From assembly GCA_963628435.1 (NCBI GenBank), contig CAVGEY010000009.1:13631-77630 (forward strand): a stretch of DNA of 64,000 nt, read 5' to 3'. Positions 1 to 8,089 of the stretch are shown piece after piece. The translations under genes and the position numbers were made by a program. Positions within the stretch are counted from its first letter, which is position 1. Every line of letters begins with the position of its first letter. The notes beneath the pieces are model-generated. The model was not told where the DNA came from, ran no database searches, and was given only the letters and a program-made list of their open reading frames with translations. This stretch comes from a bacterium. GTDB lineage: Bacteria; Bacillota; Clostridia; Oscillospirales; CAG-272.

Positions 1-129
1 AGTCGATCTGCTTATGACATGGATAGAAAACCGCATTTGATTTCGGCAGCGATAGGACGCATTCGTGAAAATTCAACATAAATATTGTGTTTGTACCGAC
101 TTTCGATTGTATGAAAAGTTCTTTCCCTA

Positions 130-158
130 TTGACAAGTTGAAAATTCTATGATAAAAT
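130..158 (+). promoter_or_regulatory. sigma-A type promoter upstream of the pil operon (TTGACA, 17-nt spacer, TAAAAT, with TGn extended -10)
   Basis: TTGACA at 130-135, a 17-nt spacer, TG at 150-151 and TAAAAT at 153-158. The -10 region TATGATAAAAT is identical to the promoter in front of rpsJ (50269-50297). Confidence 0.6.
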
Positions 159-268
159 CTTCTAAACAAATAAAATAAATTGGTATTTTTGTACAAATGT
201 GGATAAAATAAAGCAAGTTACGAAAGGTATATGAAAAAGAGAGAAAAATTTGTGCATACTATACAAAT

Positions 269-317
<49 letters not shown>

Positions 318-370
318 GACATTGCGGATACCGATTTTTTGCAAAAAGAGAAAAATACGGGGGTGACGGC

Positions 371-2062
371 ATGGCTTATATGCGTCTTGGCGATTTGCTC
401 ATCTCGGCAGGTGTCATCAACAATAATCAGCTTGATGATGCTCTTGTTCTTCAAAAGCAGACCGGTCAGCGGCTCGGCGATGTGCTTATCGAAAACAATA
501 TCATAACCGAACGCCAGCTTATCGAAGCTCTGCAGATGCAGCTCGGTGTCGAGTATATTGATTTGACAATGGTATCCATTCCTGTGGAGCTTGCCAAATT
601 CGTTCCGCGCGCGATCGCGAAAAAATACTGCGCTGTTCCCGTAAAACTCGTAAAAGACGAGCTTTATGTCGCAATCAGTGACCCGCTGAACTTCCTTGCT
701 CAGGAAGAGATAAAGGCTTCGAGCCATAAACAGGTCATACCGATGATTGCGGCTCACGCCGCGATTGATCAGGCGATTTCCACTCTCTACGGAAACGAGG
801 GAACCGCGCGTGCCATCGAGGAGATGAAAATCGAGGCGGGAACATCGTCAAACGATATTATACCCGCTCAGATGGCTCAGTCGGGTTCGGGCGAGTCGGG
901 CGCACCGACAATCCGCTTTGTAAACTCGATAATCGAGCGCGCCGTCATCGAGCGCGCCAGCGATATTCACCTTGAACCGCAGGACGGAGAAATGGTTGTC
1001 CGTATGAGAATAGACGGCGCACTGCGCAGAATTCTCACCGTTCCGTCAAATCTCCAGAATACCGTAATATCCCGCCTGAAAATAATGGGTAACATGGATA
1101 TATCCGAGCATAGAATACCGCAGGACGGACGTGCAATGGCATATATCAGACAGCACGAAATCGACCTCCGTATCTCTTCGATTCCCACGGTTTACGGCGA
1201 GAAAGTCGTTTTAAGACTTCTCGATAAAACTCAGAATAAAATATCGAGCCGGTCAATCGGCCTTTCGGGAGACGATCTCGAGAAATATCAGAATCTGCTG
1301 AAAAACAGCAGCGGCGTCATTCTTATCGTAGGTCCTACCGGATCGGGTAAATCGACCACGATGTGCGCGATGATTCAGGAGCTGAATCACGAGGAAACCA
1401 ACATTATGACGCTCGAGGACCCCGTCGAATATGATATTCCCGGAGTCAACCAGTGCCAGATTAACGAAAAAACAGGCATGACCTTTGCCGCAGGTCTGCG
1501 CGCGATTCTGCGTCAGGACCCCGATGTTATCTCGGTCGGAGAAATCCGTGACGGCGAAACCGGTACTATCGCCGTTCGTTCGGCTATTACCGGACACCTT
1601 GTTCTTTCGACTCTGCATACCAACGATGCCGTGTCGGCAATCGACAGACTCATCGATATCGGCATAGAGCCGTATATGATCGCAAGCGCTCTCCGCGGAG
1701 TTGTTTCCCAGCGGCTTGTGCGCAAAATCTGTCCGCACTGCAAAAAAGCCTATACGCCGACGTCCGAAGAACTCGCCCTTCTCGGAATTACCGAAGAAAC
1801 CGATGCTGTTTTCTATCGCGGCGAAGGATGCTCGGAATGTTATCATACAGGCTATCTCGGACGCCGCGCCGTCTTTGAAATACTTACCGTAAACGAAAAT
1901 ATGCGCCGCCTTATAAACAGCGGAGCCGATTATGATAATCTGCTTGCGGCGGCAAAAAATTCGAATTTCGTCACGATGCGCGAAAGTTGCCGTAAACTTG
2001 TGCTTGACGGCGAAACAACCGTCGAGGAAACGGCAAAAGCGGTAAATTCAACTGTCGATTGA
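371..2062 (+). CDS. pilB: type IV pilus assembly (extension) ATPase, PilB/GspE family, with N-terminal MshEN/T2SSE_N domain
   Basis: 563 aa. Walker A is GPTGSGKST. The Asp and His boxes are typical of GspE-family ATPases. A tetracysteine CPHC...CSEC is present. The N-terminus carries two RLGxxLIxxG/N..L...L..Q repeats. Confidence 0.93.
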   Translation: MAYMRLGDLLISAGVINNNQLDDALVLQKQTGQRLGDVLIENNIITERQLIEALQMQLGVEYIDLTMVSIPVELAKFVPRAIAKKYCAVPVKLVKDELYVAISDPLNFLAQEEIKASSHKQVIPMIAAHAAIDQAISTLYGNEGTARAIEEMKIEAGTSSNDIIPAQMAQSGSGESGAPTIRFVNSIIERAVIERASDIHLEPQDGEMVVRMRIDGALRRILTVPSNLQNTVISRLKIMGNMDISEHRIPQDGRAMAYIRQHEIDLRISSIPTVYGEKVVLRLLDKTQNKISSRSIGLSGDDLEKYQNLLKNSSGVILIVGPTGSGKSTTMCAMIQELNHEETNIMTLEDPVEYDIPGVNQCQINEKTGMTFAAGLRAILRQDPDVISVGEIRDGETGTIAVRSAITGHLVLSTLHTNDAVSAIDRLIDIGIEPYMIASALRGVVSQRLVRKICPHCKKAYTPTSEELALLGITEETDAVFYRGEGCSECYHTGYLGRRAVFEILTVNENMRRLINSGADYDNLLAAAKNSNFVTMRESCRKLVLDGETTVEETAKAVNSTVD

Positions 2063-2063
2063 G

Positions 2064-3137
2064 GTGTCTATGCTTGAACTCGAACAACTGATTGAGCGCG
2101 CGCAAGAGGCAGGCGCGTCCGATATTCATATTGTGTGCGGTCTGCCGGTAAAAGTCCGTATTCACGGCATTATAAGCCCGCTGGAGGGCGCCGAAGAGCC
2201 GCTGACACATGATGACTGCGAAAGATACGCTTTTGCGCTCGCCGGTGAACAGTATGAGTCAATGAAAGAAATCGGCGAAATAGACCTTGCCAAATCTTTT
2301 TCATGCGGCGCGCGTACGAGAGTTAATATTTTCCGTCAGCGCGGATCGACATCTGCCGCTGTCCGTATTCTCTCCGACCATATCCCCGAAATCGAGGAAC
2401 TTCAGCTGCCGGCGGTAATATCCGAATTTCCCGAATACCGCAGCGGAATCGTGCTTGTAACGGGTGAAACGGGATCGGGTAAGTCGACAACACTCGCCGC
2501 GCTTCTCAATCGTATAAACAATACCCGAAAGGGACATATAATAACACTCGAAGATCCGATAGAATATATTTACTCGCCCGTTCAGTGCGTGATAAATCAG
2601 CGTGAAATCGGTACCGATACACGCAGCTATGCCGACGGTCTCCGCTCGATTCTGCGTGAAGATCCCGATGTCATACTGATAGGCGAGATGCGAGATCTTG
2701 CCACAATAGAGACGGCGCTTACCGCCGCCGAGACCGGACACCTTGTCTTCGCCACTCTGCATACGAATTCGGCGGCAGACTCGATTGACCGTATGGTCAA
2801 TGTTTTCCCCGAAGGACAGCAGCGTCAGATACGCCTGCAGGTGTCGACCACTCTGCGTGCGGTCGTGTCCCAGCAGCTCGTTCCGCGCAAAAACGGCGGC
2901 GGACGAATCGTCGCCTGCGAGATAATGGTCGTCAATAACGCAATCAGAAATATCATCCGCGAGGGCAAAACCCCGCAGATAGACAGTTATATTACCATGA
3001 ACGCACAGAACGGCAGTATCACAATGGATAATGCGCTTCAGAAACTTGTCCGCGACGGTATGATTTCAAGCGAAACCGCGATTTCCTGCTGCCGTGACAG
3101 AGAGGCGTTTTCCGCAAGCATTAACCGCAGATTCTGA
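2064..3137 (+). CDS. pilT: type IV pilus retraction ATPase, PilT family
   Basis: 357 aa. Walker A is GETGSGKST. The motif LTLEDPIEY.. is present and there is no N-terminal GspE_N domain. Size and sequence are typical of PilT. The start lies 2 nt after the pilB stop. Confidence 0.9.
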   Translation: MSMLELEQLIERAQEAGASDIHIVCGLPVKVRIHGIISPLEGAEEPLTHDDCERYAFALAGEQYESMKEIGEIDLAKSFSCGARTRVNIFRQRGSTSAAVRILSDHIPEIEELQLPAVISEFPEYRSGIVLVTGETGSGKSTTLAALLNRINNTRKGHIITLEDPIEYIYSPVQCVINQREIGTDTRSYADGLRSILREDPDVILIGEMRDLATIETALTAAETGHLVFATLHTNSAADSIDRMVNVFPEGQQRQIRLQVSTTLRAVVSQQLVPRKNGGGRIVACEIMVVNNAIRNIIREGKTPQIDSYITMNAQNGSITMDNALQKLVRDGMISSETAISCCRDREAFSASINRRF

Positions 3138-3157
3138 TAAAAGAGAGGTGATTTCGC

Positions 3158-4357
3158 TTGAAAACTTATAAATACAGAGGCCTCTCCGAGGACGGCGTAA
3201 AAGTATCGGGCGTCATTCAGGCGTATGATGAATTTGAAGCTGTTTCAAGCCTGCGCGATACCTGCTCGATTATCACGAAAATCGAACCCGTAAAAGAGAG
3301 CCGTTCCGCAATCGCCGCCGATAAACTCAAAATCAGCGATAAAGATTTGTCGATTATCTGCTCGCAGTTTTCGATTATCCTGACATCGGGTATGTCGATT
3401 GACAGATGTGTCGAAATGGTTGCCGCACAGGCAAAGAATAAATCAATACGGCACATGCTCGAAAAAGTTTCGGAGGATGTGTCGGGCGGATACAGCCTTG
3501 CGCAGAGCTTTTCGAATAACTGCCCCAAACTTCCCGTAACCTTTATCGAAACCGTTCGTGCGGGAGAGCAGGCGGGTACACTCGAACTCTGTTTTGAACG
3601 CCTCTATAAATATTACGATAAATCGGCGAAGACTCGCGCAAAAATCATAAGTACATTGACCTACCCCGCAATGGTGCTTGCCGTTGCCGTGATAGTCTTT
3701 ATGATTATAATGATTTTCGCCGTTCCGATGTTCACCAAAACTTTCAAAGAATTCGGAACCGAACTTCCCGCGATTACAAAAGGACTTATCGCATTTTCCG
3801 ACTTTATAACCGGCTACTGGTGGGCGATTGTCGGTGCGATTCTGCTTTTCTTCTTCATTCGTATGATGATGCGCCGTACCGAAAAAGGACGGCTCTCTCA
3901 GGCCGAGGGCAAGATTTACCGCTCTCCTCTGCGCAGACTCTATATTATGAGCGCCGCCTCTCAGTTTGCCTCCACAATGGCGACAATGCTGACCGCGGGA
4001 CTGCCGATAGTCCGCTCGCTTGAGGTGACGTCCGGCGTTATCTCGAATTACGCAGTCGCGCGCGGTATACGCTCGGTAAGACAGGGAGTGGAGCAGGGAC
4101 GCAGTCTTGTCGACTGCATGAGCGAAAATAAATGCTTCCCCAAACTGCTTTCCGAAATGACCGGTGTCGGCGAACGTTCGGGTAATCTCGAACAGACTCT
4201 CACCGTCGTCGGTGAATATTTCGATAATGAAGTCGGTATCATGACCGACAGAATACTTTCCATGCTTGAACCCGCGATAACAATCGGCCTTGCGGTAATA
4301 ACGGTTGTTCTGCTTCTCGCCGTTTACCTCCCGCTCTTCCAGATGTATAACTTTTAA
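3158..4357 (+). CDS. pilC: type IV pilus platform protein, PilC/GspF family
   Basis: 399 aa. Two GspF-type repeats and three predicted TM helices. TTG start preceded by AGAGAGGTG. Confidence 0.9.
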   Translation: MKTYKYRGLSEDGVKVSGVIQAYDEFEAVSSLRDTCSIITKIEPVKESRSAIAADKLKISDKDLSIICSQFSIILTSGMSIDRCVEMVAAQAKNKSIRHMLEKVSEDVSGGYSLAQSFSNNCPKLPVTFIETVRAGEQAGTLELCFERLYKYYDKSAKTRAKIISTLTYPAMVLAVAVIVFMIIMIFAVPMFTKTFKEFGTELPAITKGLIAFSDFITGYWWAIVGAILLFFFIRMMMRRTEKGRLSQAEGKIYRSPLRRLYIMSAASQFASTMATMLTAGLPIVRSLEVTSGVISNYAVARGIRSVRQGVEQGRSLVDCMSENKCFPKLLSEMTGVGERSGNLEQTLTVVGEYFDNEVGIMTDRILSMLEPAITIGLAVITVVLLLAVYLPLFQMYNF

Positions 4358-4452
4358 GTAGAAGCATGATTTTCGGTATCGTTTGTCTGTTTTCAACCCG
4401 CAGACAATGTATACATACAGACTTTATAAAATAATCGGAAGGAGAACTTCTA

Positions 4453-4833
4453 ATGAAACTTAACAGAAAAGGTTTTACCCTTATGGAAATGCTGATCGTT
4501 GTAGCGATCATCGCAATCCTTATTGCTATTATGATTCCGACATTCACGGCTCAGCTCGAGAAAGCTCGTGAAGCAGCAGACCTTGCCAACATTCGTGCTG
4601 CATACGCAGAAGCTATGGTTGAATATCTTGACACGGGTGCAGCAGTATCCGTTGAATCTGAAAAAATGACACAGTCTAATAGCACTTGGGACAATATAAC
4701 ATGGCCTGAATACCTCGGCACAGCGGTTGCACCTGAAAAAGGCAAAACCGTTACAGTTAACGTTGCAGCTGACGGCACAGTTTCGGTTAATGTCACAGGC
4801 AGCTCAACAACAACAACACCTGCTGGTAACTAA
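4453..4833 (+). CDS. pilA: major type IV pilin (prepilin)
   Basis: 126 aa. The N-terminus is MKLNRKG|FTLMEMLIVVAIIAILIAI, with a basic leader, Gly-1, Phe+1, Glu+5 and a hydrophobic helix. Strong RBS GGAAGGAGA. Small size and its own downstream hairpin fit a major subunit. Confidence 0.9.
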   Translation: MKLNRKGFTLMEMLIVVAIIAILIAIMIPTFTAQLEKAREAADLANIRAAYAEAMVEYLDTGAAVSVESEKMTQSNSTWDNITWPEYLGTAVAPEKGKTVTVNVAADGTVSVNVTGSSTTTTPAGN

Positions 4834-4891
4834 TATAACCATCATACCAATTTGTTTTCGGCTTATGTCGAAAAAGTGAGCTCATGATTTT

Positions 4892-4920
4892 CGCAGGGGC
4901 GGAGGGTTGCCGTCCCTGCG
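4892..4920 (+). terminator. GC-rich hairpin after pilA (probable partial terminator or mRNA stabiliser)
   Basis: CGCAGGGGCGG...CCGTCCCTGCG forms an 11-bp stem with one mismatch. The U-tract after it is poor, so read-through into pilD is expected. Confidence 0.35.
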
Positions 4921-4944
4921 GCTTAAATCGGAAAGGAAACGACT

Positions 4945-5793
4945 ATGCTGCACCTGTCACTCGGACTTGACATCTATATAGCTTTTATCTCGTTCGTTCT
5001 CGGTGCCTGCGTCGGCTCTTTCCTTAACTGTATGTCATGGCGCATTGTTCACGGTATGTCGCCTCTGAAAGGCCGCTCTGTCTGCGATGTCTGCGGGCAT
5101 ACACTGTCCGCGACAGACCTCGTCCCGATTTTCTCTTATCTTTTTCATCGCGGAAAATGCCGCTATTGCGGCGCGAAACTCTCGTCAGCTCATCTTTTTG
5201 CCGAAACGCTGACCGGACTTGTCTTCCTGATTTTTGTTTTCAGATATGATATTTCGCTCCAGCTTCTCGAAATGCTGCTTTTTGCATGTATTCTGCTCGC
5301 CTCATCCTTCGCGGATCTGGAGGGGTATATCATTCCCGACCGCTATGTAATCGCCGGAATAGTTCTGCGTATACCTTTTTATTTCCTGCTGCCCGATTTT
5401 CGCGGGAATCTCATCGATTCTCTTATCGGCGGATTTGCCGTCGGCGGCGGACTTCTCCTTCTCGTTCTTGTTTACGAGAAAATACGCAAAATCGAGGCGA
5501 TGGGCGGCGGTGATATAAAACTGCTTTTCGTTACAGGTCTTTATCTCGGCTGGGCGAAGAACATTCTCTGCCTGCTTCTTGCCTGCCTGCTCGGAATCAT
5601 ATTCGCGCTGGTGACGCAAAAGATAAAACAGAAGAAAAACGCAAAAAAATCTAAAAAGAATAAAAAGAAAAAAGCCGATGCCGATGATGCCTCCGAAAAG
5701 ATTTTCCCGTGGGGGCCGTCAATAGCGGCTGCGGCGATAATCGCACTGCTCGTCGGCGATAAAATAATAAAAGCATATCTGCAACTTTTTTAA
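4945..5793 (+). CDS. pilD: prepilin peptidase / N-methyltransferase, PilD family (A24 aspartic peptidase)
   Basis: 282 aa. N-terminal CDVC...CRYC zinc motif. Catalytic Asp contexts FADLEGYIIPD and GGGDIKL. Multiple TM helices. Contains an unusual Lys-rich insert. Confidence 0.9.
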   Translation: MLHLSLGLDIYIAFISFVLGACVGSFLNCMSWRIVHGMSPLKGRSVCDVCGHTLSATDLVPIFSYLFHRGKCRYCGAKLSSAHLFAETLTGLVFLIFVFRYDISLQLLEMLLFACILLASSFADLEGYIIPDRYVIAGIVLRIPFYFLLPDFRGNLIDSLIGGFAVGGGLLLLVLVYEKIRKIEAMGGGDIKLLFVTGLYLGWAKNILCLLLACLLGIIFALVTQKIKQKKNAKKSKKNKKKKADADDASEKIFPWGPSIAAAAIIALLVGDKIIKAYLQLF

Positions 5794-5821
5794 TCTTCTC
5801 GGAAAGTGAGGGTTCTGTACT

Positions 5822-6808
5822 ATGGGCCGAAATCTAATCGCATTTGATATTGGTGAATCTCAGGTCAAAATCGCATGGTATAATGGGAACACAAGAAAAA
5901 AGACGGTCTGCGCCCCTCTGATTGACAATCTTGTGTCTGGCGGAGAAATTCTCTCTATGGATGCAATGGCCGATTTTCTTCGTGATATCGTAAACGAGAA
6001 TCATATTCCGCACGCATCAGCGGCGGTTATTCTTCCGGCGTCTCTCGTATTTACCCGTAATATCGATGTGCCCGCAATGACCGATTCACAGCTCGGATAT
6101 AACCTTCCTTATGAATTTAAGGACTATCTTACCGAGGAAAAGAGCAGCTATTATTTCGATTATGCCGTACAGGAACTCGTAAAAGACGAGCAGGGAAACG
6201 CAAGCCAGATGCATCTGTTTGCCTGCGCCGCACTTAAAAAGACGATTGCCGATTACCGCGAAATGTTTCATCGCGCGGGCTTCCGTCTTAAATCGGTTAT
6301 TCCGGAGGAATCGGCGTATGCCGCACTTCTCATGGCTGCGCCCGAAGTCGAGGGCGATACCTGCTTTCTCGATATAGGCTATAATGCCGTTCGTATGCTC
6401 TTCTACAGAGGCGATTCGTTCGTTACCCGCCGTACCGTAAATCTCGGTACCCGCGATTTGGTGCAGACACTCTCCGAACTGCGCGGAGTCGATACTCACA
6501 TGGCACATGAGCATCTGCGCAGCAACTACGAAAACGCGCTGAATGAACCCGCGCTTCTCGATTTGTATCATAATATGGCGGTCGAGATAATGAAGGTTGC
6601 AAACTTCTATAATTATAATAACCGCGAGCAGATGCTGAAACGCATATATCTGTGCGGCGGCGGTACCGCGATTACACCGCTTCGCGACGCCATATCCGAG
6701 CTTACCGATTTCGAGCTCTGCTCGGCGGCAGACTGGATGCCGTCAAGCGCCGATATCGAAAGTCCGTGGCTTTATGTTAAAGCCGTCGGCTGCGCGTTGC
6801 AGGCATAA
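5822..6808 (+). CDS. pilM: type IV pilus assembly protein PilM (actin-like ATPase fold)
   Basis: 328 aa. The N-terminus reads IAFDIGESQVKIA (an actin/FtsA-like phosphate-1 motif) and the C-terminus carries LCGGGTAI. The position before pilN/pilO fits. Confidence 0.8.
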   Translation: MGRNLIAFDIGESQVKIAWYNGNTRKKTVCAPLIDNLVSGGEILSMDAMADFLRDIVNENHIPHASAAVILPASLVFTRNIDVPAMTDSQLGYNLPYEFKDYLTEEKSSYYFDYAVQELVKDEQGNASQMHLFACAALKKTIADYREMFHRAGFRLKSVIPEESAYAALLMAAPEVEGDTCFLDIGYNAVRMLFYRGDSFVTRRTVNLGTRDLVQTLSELRGVDTHMAHEHLRSNYENALNEPALLDLYHNMAVEIMKVANFYNYNNREQMLKRIYLCGGGTAITPLRDAISELTDFELCSAADWMPSSADIESPWLYVKAVGCALQA

Positions 6809-6820
6809 GGAGGCGCTCAG

Positions 6821-7420
6821 ATGAATAATATTTTAACCAAACCGATTAAAATCAAAACCGAAAAATATCCGACAAAGCGCCGCGTAAATCTCGCAAAACG
6901 CGAAAATAACACTCAGAATCTTGTTATGCTTATCATCGGAATCGCGCTGATTGCCGTTCTTTGCTTCCTCGTTACGAAAATCGGCGTAATCGATCAGTTC
7001 GCAAGACTTCGCGAAGCCGAAGGCGAATATAATAAGGTACACAATCAGCACGTGGAACTGGATAAAGCCATTGAAGATTATCCGAATGTCGAACATGAAT
7101 ACCACACCTATTCGAGAAAATGGATGACAGGCGAAAACGGTGTTGCCGTGTCCGTCGACCGTCTTAAAGTGCTCGATCTGCTTGAGGCACGCCTTATGTC
7201 ATGCGGAACGGTCAACTCGTTCGTCGTAGACGATGATGTCGTAATAGCAAAGATGTCGGGTATGAACCTTGAGGAAATTTCGGCGATGTTTGCCGAACTT
7301 CAGCGTCAGCCGATAGTTAAGAACGCGGTGCTTACAATCGCTTCGACCGCGCGGGATGCCGACGAAAAACTTGATTTTTCGATAACAGTCAAGCTTCAGC
7401 CGGAAGAGGAGGAGAAATGA
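6821..7420 (+). CDS. pilN: PilN-like bitopic pilus alignment protein
   Basis: 199 aa. Basic N-terminus, one TM helix (LVMLIIGIALIAVLCFLV), then a coiled-coil/ferredoxin-like region. Called mainly from synteny after pilM. Confidence 0.6.
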   Translation: MNNILTKPIKIKTEKYPTKRRVNLAKRENNTQNLVMLIIGIALIAVLCFLVTKIGVIDQFARLREAEGEYNKVHNQHVELDKAIEDYPNVEHEYHTYSRKWMTGENGVAVSVDRLKVLDLLEARLMSCGTVNSFVVDDDVVIAKMSGMNLEEISAMFAELQRQPIVKNAVLTIASTARDADEKLDFSITVKLQPEEEEK

Positions 7421-7959
7421 TGACACGTGCCTTTACGACTCGGGAGAAAATTCTTCTCGTTGTTCTTGCGGTAATGATTATCGCAATCGCTTATTTCAAA
7501 CTCATTCTTGAGCCGATTAACGACTCGATTGCACAGTATCAGTCCAATGCCGATATCGAGCAGGATGAAATAACACAGGATACAATCACCCTTACCCGTA
7601 TGCGCGCAATGCAGAAAGAGCTTGACGAGCTGAAAGAATCGGGAAATAATAAACCCCTGCCGGCGTATGATAATGCCGATGCGCTGCTTGTCGAACTCAA
7701 CACAACGCTTAGCAGCGCAAGGAGCTATTCGCTCAATTTCGGCAGCACATATACGCTGGAATCGAACACATATATTGTTTGCCGTCCGCTCACGCTCGTT
7801 TTCAAAGCCGATGATTATTCGACGGCGCGCAGTATATTGAATACTCTGCACGAGAGTGATAATATTAACCAGATATCCGACTTGTCGATAAACTTTAATA
7901 ACAGCGATTCGAGCGTCGATGTAACGCTCAGTATCAGCTATTACGAGCTTGTCGGTTGA
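7417..7959 (+). CDS. pilO: PilO-like bitopic pilus alignment protein
   Basis: 180 aa. One TM helix (ILLVVLAVMIIAIAYF) followed by a coiled coil. ATGA start/stop overlap with pilN. Called from synteny. Confidence 0.55.
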   Translation: MMTRAFTTREKILLVVLAVMIIAIAYFKLILEPINDSIAQYQSNADIEQDEITQDTITLTRMRAMQKELDELKESGNNKPLPAYDNADALLVELNTTLSSARSYSLNFGSTYTLESNTYIVCRPLTLVFKADDYSTARSILNTLHESDNINQISDLSINFNNSDSSVDVTLSISYYELVG

Positions 7960-8037
7960 TATGCAGACAGACCGGAACCCGTTTATTAGGTCCCGGTTTT
8001 CCGCATATATTGAATTAAATTTATTTTTGTCGAAATT

Positions 8038-8049
8038 TTGAAATTTCAA
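8038..8049. promoter_or_regulatory. perfect 12-bp palindrome TTGAAATTTCAA in the pilO / giant-pilin intergenic region
   Basis: Read directly and self-complementary over all 12 positions. It has the same TTGAA-N2-TTCAA core as the palindrome at 37631-37646 next to the Crp/Fnr gene. Confidence 0.35.
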
Positions 8050-8089
8050 CCCGATTCGGTCCCGTTTATTCGGCATGGAGGGAAAAGAT

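Noticed and set aside
1-81. Open frame running off the left edge and ending at TAA 79-81, possibly the 3' end of an upstream plus-strand gene.
   Set aside because: Only 26 codons are visible and there is no recognisable motif. It cannot be supported.
3443-4396. 317-aa minus-strand ORF opposite pilC. Similar shadows lie at 7396..8250, 24311..25084, 52241..53215 and elsewhere.
   Set aside because: All are antisense to genes with strong family signatures. None has an RBS or recognisable motifs.
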